Source: an uncultured Gemmatimonadales bacterium (GTDB lineage: Bacteria; Gemmatimonadota; Gemmatimonadetes; Gemmatimonadales; GWC2-71-9). From it: 64,000 nt of DNA. The DNA is taken from contig CAVSQW010000015.1 in the NCBI GenBank assembly GCA_963730185.1, positions 160,001-224,000 of the forward strand. Reading direction: 5' to 3'. The notes under the pieces are model-generated. The model searched no databases, was not told the origin of the DNA, and worked only from the letters and a program-made list of their open reading frames with translations. Within the stretch, counting starts at the first letter, position 1. Every line of letters starts with the position of its first letter. The translations under genes and the position numbers were made by a program. Shown here piece after piece: positions 17,751 to 27,753 of the stretch.

Positions 17751-18662
17751 ATGACCCGGTCGATTCTGCTGCCGCTCGACGGCTCGCGCTTTGCCGAGGC
17801 CGCGATTCCCCTCGCGCTCGAGCTGGCGCGAAAGGCGCGCGCGTCGATCCACCTCATCCACGCCCACGAAGGCGTGCCCGCGGCCCTGGTGCACGGTGAC
17901 CTCGGGCCGGGTGGCGAGTCCGACTTGGGCGAGGAACGGAGCTATCTCGCAGAGACAGCCGCTCGCCTCTCCTCGGGATCGGTGGAGATCAGCTACCAGC
18001 TGGTCGACGGGCCGCCGGTCGAGGCCCTCGACGAGTGGATCGTAGAGCACCGGCCCGCCTTGGTGGTCCTGGCCACCCACGGTCGGGGCTCGCTCGACCC
18101 CCTCTGGCTCGGAAGCGTGGCGGAGCACCTCGCACGGTGCGCGGCTGCTCCCCTGCTCCTGGTGCGGCCCGAAGACGGCGCCCCGCTCCCGTCACCGGTC
18201 CCGAGCATCCGGCGGGTTCTGGCGCCGATCGACTTCGCCGAGGGGCACGAGGCCCTGGTCGATCGGTTGGGTGAGTTCGCCGGTTTCGTCCAGGCCCACG
18301 TGACCCTGCTCCACGTGGTCGCGCCGCCGCGCGGGCTGCCTGAGGCCGCGGCCCCGGCCCCCGGGCGTGGGCTGGTCTGGCAGACGCCGGCGGAGGCGGG
18401 CGCGCAGCGTTGGCTCGATCGGCTGGCCGACCGGCTCCGCGCCCGGGGAGTGGCGGCGGCGGCTCGGGTCGTGGGGGAGCCCGACATCGGCCCGGCGATC
18501 CTCGAATACGCCGACCGGATCGCCGCCGACGTCGTGGCGCTCCACGCGCACGGCTGCGGCGAGTCTCACGACGGAGGCATCGGGCCCGTCGTGGACCACG
18601 TGGTCCGCGGTGCCCGGACTCCGATCCTGATCCTTCCGCCGATCCGTCCCCAGGCGATCTGA
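17751..18662 (+). CDS. Universal stress protein, tandem domains (USP3)
   Basis: GGAGG RBS, ATG 17751; LLPLDGSRFAE, ATHGRG...LGSVAE; paralog of USP2. Confidence 0.9.
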   Translation: MTRSILLPLDGSRFAEAAIPLALELARKARASIHLIHAHEGVPAALVHGDLGPGGESDLGEERSYLAETAARLSSGSVEISYQLVDGPPVEALDEWIVEHRPALVVLATHGRGSLDPLWLGSVAEHLARCAAAPLLLVRPEDGAPLPSPVPSIRRVLAPIDFAEGHEALVDRLGEFAGFVQAHVTLLHVVAPPRGLPEAAAPAPGRGLVWQTPAEAGAQRWLDRLADRLRARGVAAAARVVGEPDIGPAILEYADRIAADVVALHAHGCGESHDGGIGPVVDHVVRGARTPILILPPIRPQAI

Positions 18663-18708
18663 CCAGCCTGTTCTCGTTCGGCCGACCACGGCCCGGTCCG
18701 GCCAGCCA

Positions 18709-18748
18709 ACCGGAGTGCCTCACCTGCGGCTCGAGGCACTCCGGTTTC
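18709..18748 (+). terminator. Terminator hairpin after USP3
   Basis: 13-bp stem ACCGGAGTGCCTC/GAGGCACTCCGGT with short T run. Confidence 0.65.
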
Positions 18749-18781
18749 GATTGACGGGACCAGCGTCGCGTCCCGGGGTCG

Positions 18782-18826
18782 TTTAATCCCCGCTTCACCT
18801 CCGGTTCAGCGGCGCCCCGCCAACTT
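18782..18826 (+). promoter_or_regulatory. Repeat-array promoter 9 (DUF5661 and HPF-CSD)
   Basis: TTTAA-N6-CTTCA-N6-GTTCA-N12-CAACTT. Confidence 0.68.
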
Positions 18827-18866
18827 CGGAGGGTGCGCATCCGGCGCGCGGAGCCAGGAGGGGACC

Positions 18867-19181
18867 ATGTTGGGCAGGTCACGATTCGCCACCGACCAGG
18901 TGCTGAAGGTCGGCACGGTGCTGGGGATCAACTGGGAAGAGGTGGATCTGGAGCAGTTTCGGCGCGGTCTCGAGGTGGAGCTCGAGCACGGCCGGCGGAG
19001 CCCGCTGACCGACCTCACCGGCGACGATCCGGTGTTGACCGGGAAGATCGCCCTCGCGCATCTCCGCGAGGTGCCCGACTACTACTCCCGGCTCGACGCG
19101 ATGGGGCGGGAGGCCGAAGCCGATTGGAAGGGTCGCCGGACGGCGGCCGTTCGGGGGTTCGCGGGCGAGGAGCCGTGCTGA
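18867..19181 (+). CDS. DUF5661-like small protein
   Basis: QFRRGLEVELEHG...TGKIALAHLREVPDYYSRL; AGGAGG RBS. Confidence 0.8.
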   Translation: MLGRSRFATDQVLKVGTVLGINWEEVDLEQFRRGLEVELEHGRRSPLTDLTGDDPVLTGKIALAHLREVPDYYSRLDAMGREAEADWKGRRTAAVRGFAGEEPC

Positions 19182-19275
19182 CCACGCAGGCAGGTGAACC
19201 ATGACGACGAAGCTCGGAGGCGCCGGCCGAGAAGGGGCGGCGCAGGCGCTGTCGGACCTGGGGAGGGAGGGGATC

Positions 19276-19863
19276 GTGACCGAGACCACGAAACGGAGTC
19301 GCACCAGCCGCGAAGCCACCGAGGCGCCGCCGACCTGTCAGATCGTCGCCAAAGCTCTCGAGGTGGATCCCGGCATCCAGGCCCTGATCCGGCGCGAAGC
19401 CCGCAAGCTGAGCCAGTTCTTCGACCGGATTCTCGACGTTCGCGTGGTCGTGAGTACGCCGCACCGGCGCCTCCATCGCGAGACGGTCGACTACGCCGTC
19501 CGGATCTACCTGGCGGTGCCTCGCGACGAGCTGGTGGTGAAGCGCCAGCGTGACGCCGATCTTCGGACCGCCATCCAGGCGGCGTTCCGGGCGGCGGGGC
19601 GGGTGCTCCAGGACTACGCCACCCGGCGGCGCGACCCACCGCCGGTCCAGGCGAAGGCGCCCGTGGGGCGGGTGAGTCGGCTGTTCCCGTACGAAGGCTA
19701 TGGCTTCCTCACCGGCGAAGACGGCACCGATCTCTACTTCCACCGCAACGCGGTCGCCGGCGGCCGGTTCGACGAGATCGCGGTCGGCGAGCGGGTTCGC
19801 TACGCCGCGGCCGAGGGCAATCTGGGGCCGCAGGCGAGCCGGGTGACCCGGGGACGCCGGTGA
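19276..19863 (+). CDS. HPF/RaiA-like domain fused to cold-shock domain
   Basis: KLSQFFDRILDVRVVV...DLRTAIQAAF, then YGFLTGEDGTDLYFHRNAV; GTG 19276 has GGAGGGG RBS (alternative ATG 19201). Confidence 0.85.
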   Translation: MTETTKRSRTSREATEAPPTCQIVAKALEVDPGIQALIRREARKLSQFFDRILDVRVVVSTPHRRLHRETVDYAVRIYLAVPRDELVVKRQRDADLRTAIQAAFRAAGRVLQDYATRRRDPPPVQAKAPVGRVSRLFPYEGYGFLTGEDGTDLYFHRNAVAGGRFDEIAVGERVRYAAAEGNLGPQASRVTRGRR

Positions 19864-19879
19864 ATCCGGGGCGCGGGCC

Positions 19880-22266
19880 TCACCGGCCCGCGCTCAGCCG
19901 CTTTGCCACCCGCGCCACCGAATCGGGGTTGAGCGAGATCGAGTCGATCCCGATCGACACCAACCATTCGGCAAACTCCGGGTCGTCGCTGGGCGCCTGG
20001 CCGCAGATGCCGACTGGGCGCCCCTGGCGGTGCACCCCCTCGACCACCATCCGGATCAGGCGCTTGACGCCGGGGTCGCTCTCCCGGAAGAGCGGGGCCA
20101 GGATCTCGGAGTCCCGGTCCACCCCGAGCGCCAGCTGGGTCAGGTCGTTCGACCCGATCGAGAAGCCGTCGAACAGCTGGGCGAACTCCTCGGCGAGGAT
20201 CACGTTGTTCGGGATTTCGCACATCACCCAGACCTCGAGGCCCCGCTCGCCCCGGATCAACCCGTTCGCGGTCAGCTCGGCCAGCACCCGCTCCGCCTCC
20301 TCGAGGGTGCGGCAGAACGGGATCATCACTTTGACGTTGGTGAGCCCCAGGTCGTCGCGAACCCGGCGGATCGCCGAGCACTCGAGAGCGAAGCCCTCGC
20401 GATAGCGGTGGTCGTAGTAACGCGACGCGCCCCGGAAACCAATCATCGGATTGGACTCGACCGGCTCGAAGTCCACCCCTCCGAGGAGGCCGGCGTATTC
20501 GTTGGTCTTGAAGTCCGAGAACCGGACCAGCACCGGCTTGGGGTAGAAGGCCGCCGCGATCTGGGCCACCCCGCTCGCCAAACGCTCCACGAAGAACTCG
20601 GCCGGGGCACCGGCGCCGGCGGCCGCCTCGCGGATCCGGGCTCTCACCGTGGGGTCGGAAACCCGATCGGGATGGATCAGGGCCATCGGGTGGATCCCGA
20701 TCCAGCTCGAGATCACGAACTCGAGCCGGACCAGCCCGACGCCGTGCGACGGTAGCCGGGCAAAGGCGAAGGCCCGGTCGGGGTTCGCCAGGTTGAGGCA
20801 GAGCGGGACGGGCGGCTCGGGCAGGGTTGCGGGGTCGACGGTCTCCCGGGCGAACGGCACCACGTCCTCGTACACGAAGCCGGCCTCACCCTCGGCACAG
20901 GACACGGTCACGATCTGACCGGGGCGGAGGGTGGTCGTGGCTTCGGCCGCCCCGACGACGCAGGGAATGCCGAGCTCACGCGACACGATGGCGGCATGGC
21001 AGGTCCGACCTCCTTCGTCCGTCACCACCGCGGCGGCTCGCCGGAGTACCGGCTCCCACGACGGATCGGTCATCCGGCTGACCAGGATCTCGCCGTCCTC
21101 GAAGCCGGAGAGGTCCGCGGGGGCTCGGATGATCCGGACCGGTCCCGACGCCACCTGTGCCCCGACGCTCTTGCCTTGGATCAGGACCCGGGCCGGTCCG
21201 GCGCGGTGGTAAATTTCAAGCGGTGCGGCCGGCGTCTTCCCGTGGACGGTTTCGGGGCGGGCCTGCACCAGGTAGAGGAGGCCGTCGAGGCCGTCCTTGG
21301 CCCACTCGATGTCCATCGGCCGTCGATAGTGACGCTCGACCGCCACCGCCCAGCGGGCCAGCGCCAAGATGTCGTCGTCGCCGAGGATCGCGCGGCGGCG
21401 ATCGCTCGCCTCGACCGGCACCTCGACGACGGCCCCGGAGCCGTCCTCATATACGACCTTCACTTTTTTGTCGGCGATCTCGCGGCGAATCAGCGATCGG
21501 TATCCGGCCTCGAGGGTCGGTTTGTGGACCAGGAACTCGTCGGGACGGACCCGCCCCTGGACCACCGATTCGGCGATGCCCCAGGCGCCGGTAACCATCA
21601 CCACGTCGCGGAAGCCGGTCTCGGTATCGAGGGTGAAGATCACGCCGGCCGAGGCCAGATCGCTCCGGACCATCTTCTGGACCCCGACCGAGAGCGCGAC
21701 CTGTCCGTGGCCGAAGCCATGGGTGGCCCGGTAGACGATCGCGCGGTCGGTATAGAGCGACGCCATACAGGCCCGGACGGCGCGATCGAGGGCGGCCTGA
21801 CCCCGGACGTTGAGATAGCTTTCGTGCTGGCCCGCGAAGCTGGCGGTCGGCAGATCTTCGGCGGTAGCGCTCGAGCGGACGGCGACGTCGACGGCCTCCA
21901 CGCCGTATTCGGCCGAGAGCTGGCGGTAGCCGGCGGCGAGTTCTTCGGCCACGACGTCTGGCAGCGGGGCTTCCCGAATCCGGGCCCGAATCGCGCTCGC
22001 CGTCCGGGCCAGGGCGGCCACATCGGTCGGGTCAAGCTCGGCCAGCTGCCGCTCGACCCAGGCGGTGAGTCCGGCCCGCTCGAGGTGAAGCCGGAAGGCG
22101 TCGGCCGTGAGGGCGAATCCGTCCGGCACCCGGACTCCTGCCGAGCCGAGGGCGGTGGCCAGCTCGCCGAGGGAGGCATTCTTCCCCCGACCAGGGGGAG
22201 GTCGGCGAGCCGGAGGTCGCCGAAGGGGATCAGGTGGGCGGTACGGGCGACGGTGGCGGCGGTCAT
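19880..22266 (-). CDS. ppsA: Phosphoenolpyruvate synthase (apparent -1 frameshift near 22184-22188)
   Basis: VGGKNASLGE restored by one extra base; VAVRSSATAED, GGRTCHAAIVSRELG, FSIGSNDLTQ, GICGQAPSD. Confidence 0.92.
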
Positions 22267-22296
22267 GATCCGGCTCCTCGAAACTGTCCCAATCTC

Positions 22297-22340
22297 AAGG
22301 TCCGCCCGGGTGGTGATCTCCCGGTGGAGAAAGGGTGAAG
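22297..22340 (-). promoter_or_regulatory. Repeat-array promoter 10 (ppsA)
   Basis: Minus strand CTTCA-N6-CTCCA-N6-GATCA-N11-GACCTT. Confidence 0.6.
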
Positions 22341-22459
22341 ATCGTCTCACTCCGAGGCCGGGGCTTCCGGGTGGGGGTGTCCGATTTCGAGTCCGGGGCC
22401 CTGGATCGGGGGCTGGGGGTGGGGGCCGGCGGCGGATCGGCGGAGGGTTTGGGGGGCTG

Positions 22460-22488
22460 TTGACCTGTTGCCTAAGTGTAGGTAGAAT
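22460..22488 (+). promoter_or_regulatory. sigma70 promoter of tRNA-tuf operon
   Basis: TTGACC-N17-TAGAAT. Confidence 0.85.
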
Positions 22489-22517
22489 AAGAGTCTGTCG
22501 ATGCTGCGGACTTGTCC

Positions 22518-22590
22518 GCTGGCGTAGCTCAACTGGCAGAGCAGCTGATTTGTAATCAGCAGGTTAAGGGTTCGAGTCCCTTCGTCAGCT
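22518..22590 (+). tRNA. tRNA-Thr(TGT)
   Basis: Cloverleaf; anticodon arm CTGAT-TTGTAA-ATCAG-type stem/loop; GTTCGA T-loop; CCA not encoded. Confidence 0.96.
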
Positions 22591-22687
22591 TGAGTCGGGC
22601 AGACAACCAAAGACGGTCACCCGGAACCCCGCGCCCCGTATCGCGGGGTTCCGTGTCGGATGCAGCGGCGCATTCGTTAGGCGCTTT

Positions 22688-22771
22688 GGTGGGGTGGCCG
22701 AGTGGCTAATGGCAGCAGACTGTAAATCTGCCGGGCTAAGCCCTACGTAGGTTCGAATCCTACCCCCACCA
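22688..22771 (+). tRNA. tRNA-Tyr(GTA)
   Basis: GGTGGGG/CCCCACC acceptor stem, CTGTAAA loop, long variable arm. Confidence 0.96.
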
Positions 22772-22820
22772 TGTAGGAGGGCGGACAAGCGGAACGGACT
22801 AGGCGGACGGGAGAGACCCT

Positions 22821-22893
22821 GCGGGTGTAGCTCAGTTGGTAGAGCATCAGCCTTCCAAGCTGAGGGTCGCGGGTTCGAGCCCCGTCGCCCGCT
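22821..22893 (+). tRNA. tRNA-Gly(TCC)
   Basis: GCGGGTG/CGCCCGC acceptor stem, CTTCCAA loop. Confidence 0.96.
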
Positions 22894-22896
22894 TTG

Positions 22897-22969
22897 GCTC
22901 GCGTAGCTCAGTCGGTAGAGCACATCCTTGGTAAGGATGAGGTCACCGGTTCGATCCCGGTCGCGAGCT
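22897..22969 (+). tRNA. tRNA-Thr(GGT)
   Basis: GCTCGCG/CGCGAGC acceptor stem, TTGGTAA loop. Confidence 0.96.
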
Positions 22970-23113
22970 CTGGCAGTGAACGGGTAGATGCGGCTGGACG
23001 GGCAGCGGGAGACGGGTGGGGCTCGGGAGGGTTAGGCCGGCCGGGTGGTTACCGCCCGCCACGCCGACCCGTCCCGATCGAGACGAGGATCAAACACTGA
23101 GCGGAGCTCCGAG

Positions 23114-24312
<1,199 letters not shown>

Positions 24313-24325
24313 TCGAGCGGACGCT

Positions 24326-24478
24326 ATGCCGAGAGAGAAGATCATCCTCGAGTGCACCGACTGTAAGAGTCGGAACTACTTCAACGACAAGAACCGCCGG
24401 CTGCATCCCGAGCGGGTCGAGTGGAAGAAGTATTGCCCGCGCTGTAACAAGCACGTGGCGCACAAGGAATCGAAGTAG
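24326..24478 (+). CDS. rpmG: 50S ribosomal protein L33 (zinc-ribbon type)
   Basis: Manual translation [18 protein letters not shown]...[17 protein letters not shown], 50 aa, below ORF-track cutoff. Confidence 0.95.
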   Translation: MPREKIILECTDCKSRNYFNDKNRRLHPERVEWKKYCPRCNKHVAHKESK

Positions 24479-24480
24479 TC

Positions 24481-24723
24481 ATGGCCGCCGTCGATGTCGC
24501 CGAGCGGTCGAACAAGCTGACGCGGTGGAGCCGGTCGACCTGGCAGTTCCTGGTCGATACCCGGGCCGAGTTGCGCAAGGTGACCTGGCCGACGTGGCCG
24601 GAGCTCAACGACGCCACCAAGCGCGTCCTGATCATGACGCTCGCGATCGGCATTGCGCTCGGTCTGCTGGATCGGGCGCTGCAGTTCATCCTGGTGGACG
24701 GCATCGCCGCGATCGCCCGGTAA
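24481..24723 (+). CDS. secE: Preprotein translocase subunit SecE
   Basis: ELRKVTWPT motif, one TM segment, synteny. Confidence 0.93.
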   Translation: MAAVDVAERSNKLTRWSRSTWQFLVDTRAELRKVTWPTWPELNDATKRVLIMTLAIGIALGLLDRALQFILVDGIAAIAR

Positions 24724-24727
24724 GTCC

Positions 24728-25274
24728 ATGGACTACCGCTGGTACGCGATCCAGGTCACCGCCGGACACGAGAACAAGGTCAAGGGACTCCTCGAGCGAC
24801 GGATCGGCGAGGACCCCCGGCCCGAGGACTCGAAGCTGGTCCGGCAGGTGCTCGTGCCGGTCCAGGAGGCCATCGAGATCAAGAACGGCAAGAAGGTCGT
24901 GGTCGAGCGGAAGCTCTATCCCGGCTACGTGCTGATCGAGACCACGATGAGCCAGGAGGCCCAGCACCTGGTCAACAGCGTGCAGGGCGTGATCAAGTTC
25001 GTGGGCAGCGGCCGGGGAGCGCCGCTTGGCGCTCCGGCAGGACGAAGTCAACCGGCTGCTCGGGATCGTCGAGGAGACCGCCGACCAGGCCCCCAAGGAG
25101 GAGATCCCCTTCATGGTCGGCCAGGCGGTCGAGATCACCGAAGGGCCGTTCTCGGAGTTCAGCGGGACGGTCGAAGAGGTGCTGGCGGATAAGGGCAAGG
25201 TGAAGGTCTCGGTGTCGCTCTTCGGGCGGCCGACGACCGTCGAGTTGGACTACTTGCAGCTCCGAGGGCATTGA
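24728..25274 (+). CDS. nusG: NusG (apparent +1 frameshift near 25012-25028)
   Basis: WYAIQVTAGHENKV, YPGYVL, KOW GPFSEFSGTVEEV, FGRPTTVEL split across two frames. Confidence 0.93.
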
Positions 25275-25327
25275 TAGGGAGTAGGGAGTGGTGAGTAGGG
25301 AGGGAGTAGGGAGTAGGGAGTAGCGAG
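25275..25327 (+). repeat. Heptamer tandem repeat (TAGGGAG)n
   Basis: Five exact and two variant units plus one partial, directly after the nusG stop. Confidence 0.9.
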
Positions 25328-25483
25328 CGGGGTTGTACCCGCGACCGCGCGGGTGATCGCGGCAGGTACGAGCGGCGCTGGTGCCGCTTGCCTTCACGAG
25401 AGGGCGTGGCCGTCGAGCCGGGTGAGTACTGGTCCTGGACGGTGGCCGGCCGTCGCTCGTGAAGCAACCGAACTGAGGGAGGT

Positions 25484-25910
25484 ATGGCAAAGAAAGTCGT
25501 GGCCATGGTCAAGCTCCAGTGTCCCGCTGGAGCCGCCAATCCGGCGCCGCCGGTCGGCACGGCGCTGGGCCCGCAGGGCGTGAACATCATGGACTTCTGT
25601 AAGCAGTTCAACGCCCGCACCCAGTCGCAGGCCGGGATGGTCATCCCGGTCGTCGTGACGATCTATCAGGATCGCACGTTCACCTTCATCACCAAGACCC
25701 CGCCGGCGGCGAATCTGCTGCTCAAGGAGGCGGGCATCGAGAAGGGCAGCGCCCAGCCCAACCGCACCAAGGTCGGGACGGTCACCGCGCGCCCAGCTCA
25801 AGAAGATCGCCGAGCTCAAGATGGAGGACCTCAACGCGGCGGACGTCAACTCGGCGATGAACATGATCGCCGGGACCGCGCGCTCGATGGGCCTGGAGGT
25901 GGCGGACTGA
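25484..25910 (+). CDS. rplK: 50S ribosomal protein L11 (apparent +1 frameshift near 25787-25791)
   Basis: [13 protein letters not shown]-terminus ...[14 protein letters not shown] lies in the shifted frame. Confidence 0.93.
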
Positions 25911-26599
25911 TGCCGGCGACGGGAAAGAAGTACCAGGCGGCCGTCTCCAAGGTGGATCGGAGCCGGTTCTATCCGTTGGACGAGGCGGTCAAGGCGGTCA
26001 AGGCCGCCGCGTTCGCCAAGTTCAACGAGACCGTGGACGTGGCGGTCCGGCTCGGGGTCGATCCCCGGCATGCCGATCAAGTGGTCCGGGGCACGGTGGT
26101 GCTCCCCCACGGGACCGGGAAGTCGGTGCGGGTGTTGGTCATCACTCAGGGCGACCGGGTCAAGGATGCCGAGGCGGCCGGCGCCGACTTCGTGGGGGTC
26201 GAGTACCTCCAGAAGATCAGGGACGGCTGGCTCGATTGCGACGTGATCGTCGCGACCCCGGACGTGATGGGTCAGCTCGGCCCCTTGGGCAAGATCCTCG
26301 GCCCCCGCGGCCTGATGCCCAATCCCAAGGCCGGCACGGTCACGCCGGACGTGAGCCGCGCCGTTCGCGAGATCAAGGCCGGTAAGATCGAGTTCCGGGT
26401 CGACAAGACTGGCAACGTCCACGCGCCGATCGGCAAGATCTCTTTCAGCGAGCAGCAGCTGGAGGAGAACCTCGCGGCGTTCATGGACAGCATCGTGAAG
26501 GCTCGGCCGGCCGCGGCCAAGGGTATCTACCTCGAAGCGGCGACGGTCTCGAGCACCATGGGGCCGGGCGTCCGGCTGGAATTGGCGGGGTACCGATGA
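25910..26599 (+). CDS. rplA: 50S ribosomal protein L1
   Basis: [35 protein letters not shown]. Confidence 0.96.
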   Translation: MPATGKKYQAAVSKVDRSRFYPLDEAVKAVKAAAFAKFNETVDVAVRLGVDPRHADQVVRGTVVLPHGTGKSVRVLVITQGDRVKDAEAAGADFVGVEYLQKIRDGWLDCDVIVATPDVMGQLGPLGKILGPRGLMPNPKAGTVTPDVSRAVREIKAGKIEFRVDKTGNVHAPIGKISFSEQQLEENLAAFMDSIVKARPAAAKGIYLEAATVSSTMGPGVRLELAGYR

Positions 26600-27096
26600 G
26601 CAAAGCCGAACGGCAGGCGAAGGTTGAGGCCCTGACCGAGCAGATCAAGGGCTTCCCGAACCTCTACGTGACCGACTTCGCGGGGCTCAACGTCGCCAAG
26701 ATCACCGATCTGCGGCGGCAGCTCCGGCAGGCGGGGGCGCGCTACGTGGTCGTGAAGAATACGCTGGCTCGTCAGGCGCTCGCGGCCAACGCGATCGGCG
26801 GGCTCGACGAGCATCTGGCCGGCCCGACCGGGCTGGTGCTGGTGGGCGACGATCCGCTGCCCGCCGCCAAGGTGCTGGGCGATTTTGCCAAGGTGCACCA
26901 GCTCCCATCGATCAAGGCGGGCCGGATCGACGGGCAGGCCGTGGAGCCCTCGTATGTGCAGCGGCTCGGTGCCCTGCCGCCCCGGGATGTGCTCCTGGGC
27001 CAGGTGCTGGGCTGCTTGAATGGCGTGCTGTACCAGGTGGTCGGTGCGCTCGAGGCGCTCAAGACCAAGCGCGAAACCGAAGCCTCGGCTTCTTGA
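26596..27096 (+). CDS. rplJ: 50S ribosomal protein L10
   Basis: VVKNTLAR motif, synteny. Confidence 0.94.
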   Translation: MSKAERQAKVEALTEQIKGFPNLYVTDFAGLNVAKITDLRRQLRQAGARYVVVKNTLARQALAANAIGGLDEHLAGPTGLVLVGDDPLPAAKVLGDFAKVHQLPSIKAGRIDGQAVEPSYVQRLGALPPRDVLLGQVLGCLNGVLYQVVGALEALKTKRETEASAS

Positions 27097-27122
27097 TCAA
27101 CGAGCAGGAAGGGACAAAACGC

Positions 27123-27497
27123 ATGTCGACTCTGACGAACGAGCAGATTCTCGAAGCCATCGGCGGCAAGACGGTGCTGGAGCTGTCCGAGCTGATCGAG
27201 GCCTTCAAGGACAAGTTCAACGTGGCGGTCGTGGCTGCGGCCGGACCGGCGGCGGGGGCCGCGGCCCCGGTGGCTGAGGAGCAGACCGAATTCGAGGTCG
27301 TGCTCAAGGAAGGCGGGGCCAAGAAGATCCAGGTCATCAAGGTCGTCCGCGAGCTCATTTCCGGGCTCGGACTCAAGGAGGCCAAGGAGATCGTGGACTC
27401 GGCGCCGAAGACCATCAAGGAGGGCGCCTCCAAGGCTGAGGCCGAGGAGATCAAGAGGAAGCTCGAAGAGCAGGGTGCGGTCGTCGAGCTGAAGTAG
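27123..27497 (+). CDS. rplL: 50S ribosomal protein L7/L12
   Basis: [29 protein letters not shown]. Confidence 0.96.
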   Translation: MSTLTNEQILEAIGGKTVLELSELIEAFKDKFNVAVVAAAGPAAGAAAPVAEEQTEFEVVLKEGGAKKIQVIKVVRELISGLGLKEAKEIVDSAPKTIKEGASKAEAEEIKRKLEEQGAVVELK

Positions 27498-27753
27498 CCC
27501 GGCGGGTTCCGGCCCGGGCGTCATGGTGACGTTCGGGCCCCCCCAACGGCGACTTCAGTGAGGCGGCATGCACCAACGGCCGAGCGACCTCGACAACCGT
27601 TTGTCTCGAACTCCCCGCGGGAGCCACCCGTCCTGGCGACGGCTGGCGTCCGCGGTGGGGTGCTTTTGTGCTGGTATGCGTGATCCGGGTCCCGATGCCT
27701 TCCCGGGCGGCGTTGGCGCCGTCCGCTGGGGCACAGTAGAGAGAGTGTGAACG

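Noticed and set aside
9558..22460. Stress cluster as a tRNA-integrated mobile island
   Set aside because: No integrase or transposase, no duplicated tRNA 3' end seen, lies 5' of the tRNAs, composition looks like the flanks
10494..22460. FNR/FixK (TTGAT-N4-ATCAA) or DosR palindromic boxes
   Set aside because: Not found by eye in the cluster's intergenic regions; the recurring element is a direct repeat
25275..25327. CRISPR array
   Set aside because: Units are 7 bp with no spacers; no cas genes or 25-45 bp spaced repeats noticed anywhere in the window
25484..26599. Apparent 371-aa L11-L1 fusion
   Set aside because: Produced by a +1 indel in rplK; the normal L11 C-terminus and a TGATG junction exist at 25908-25912
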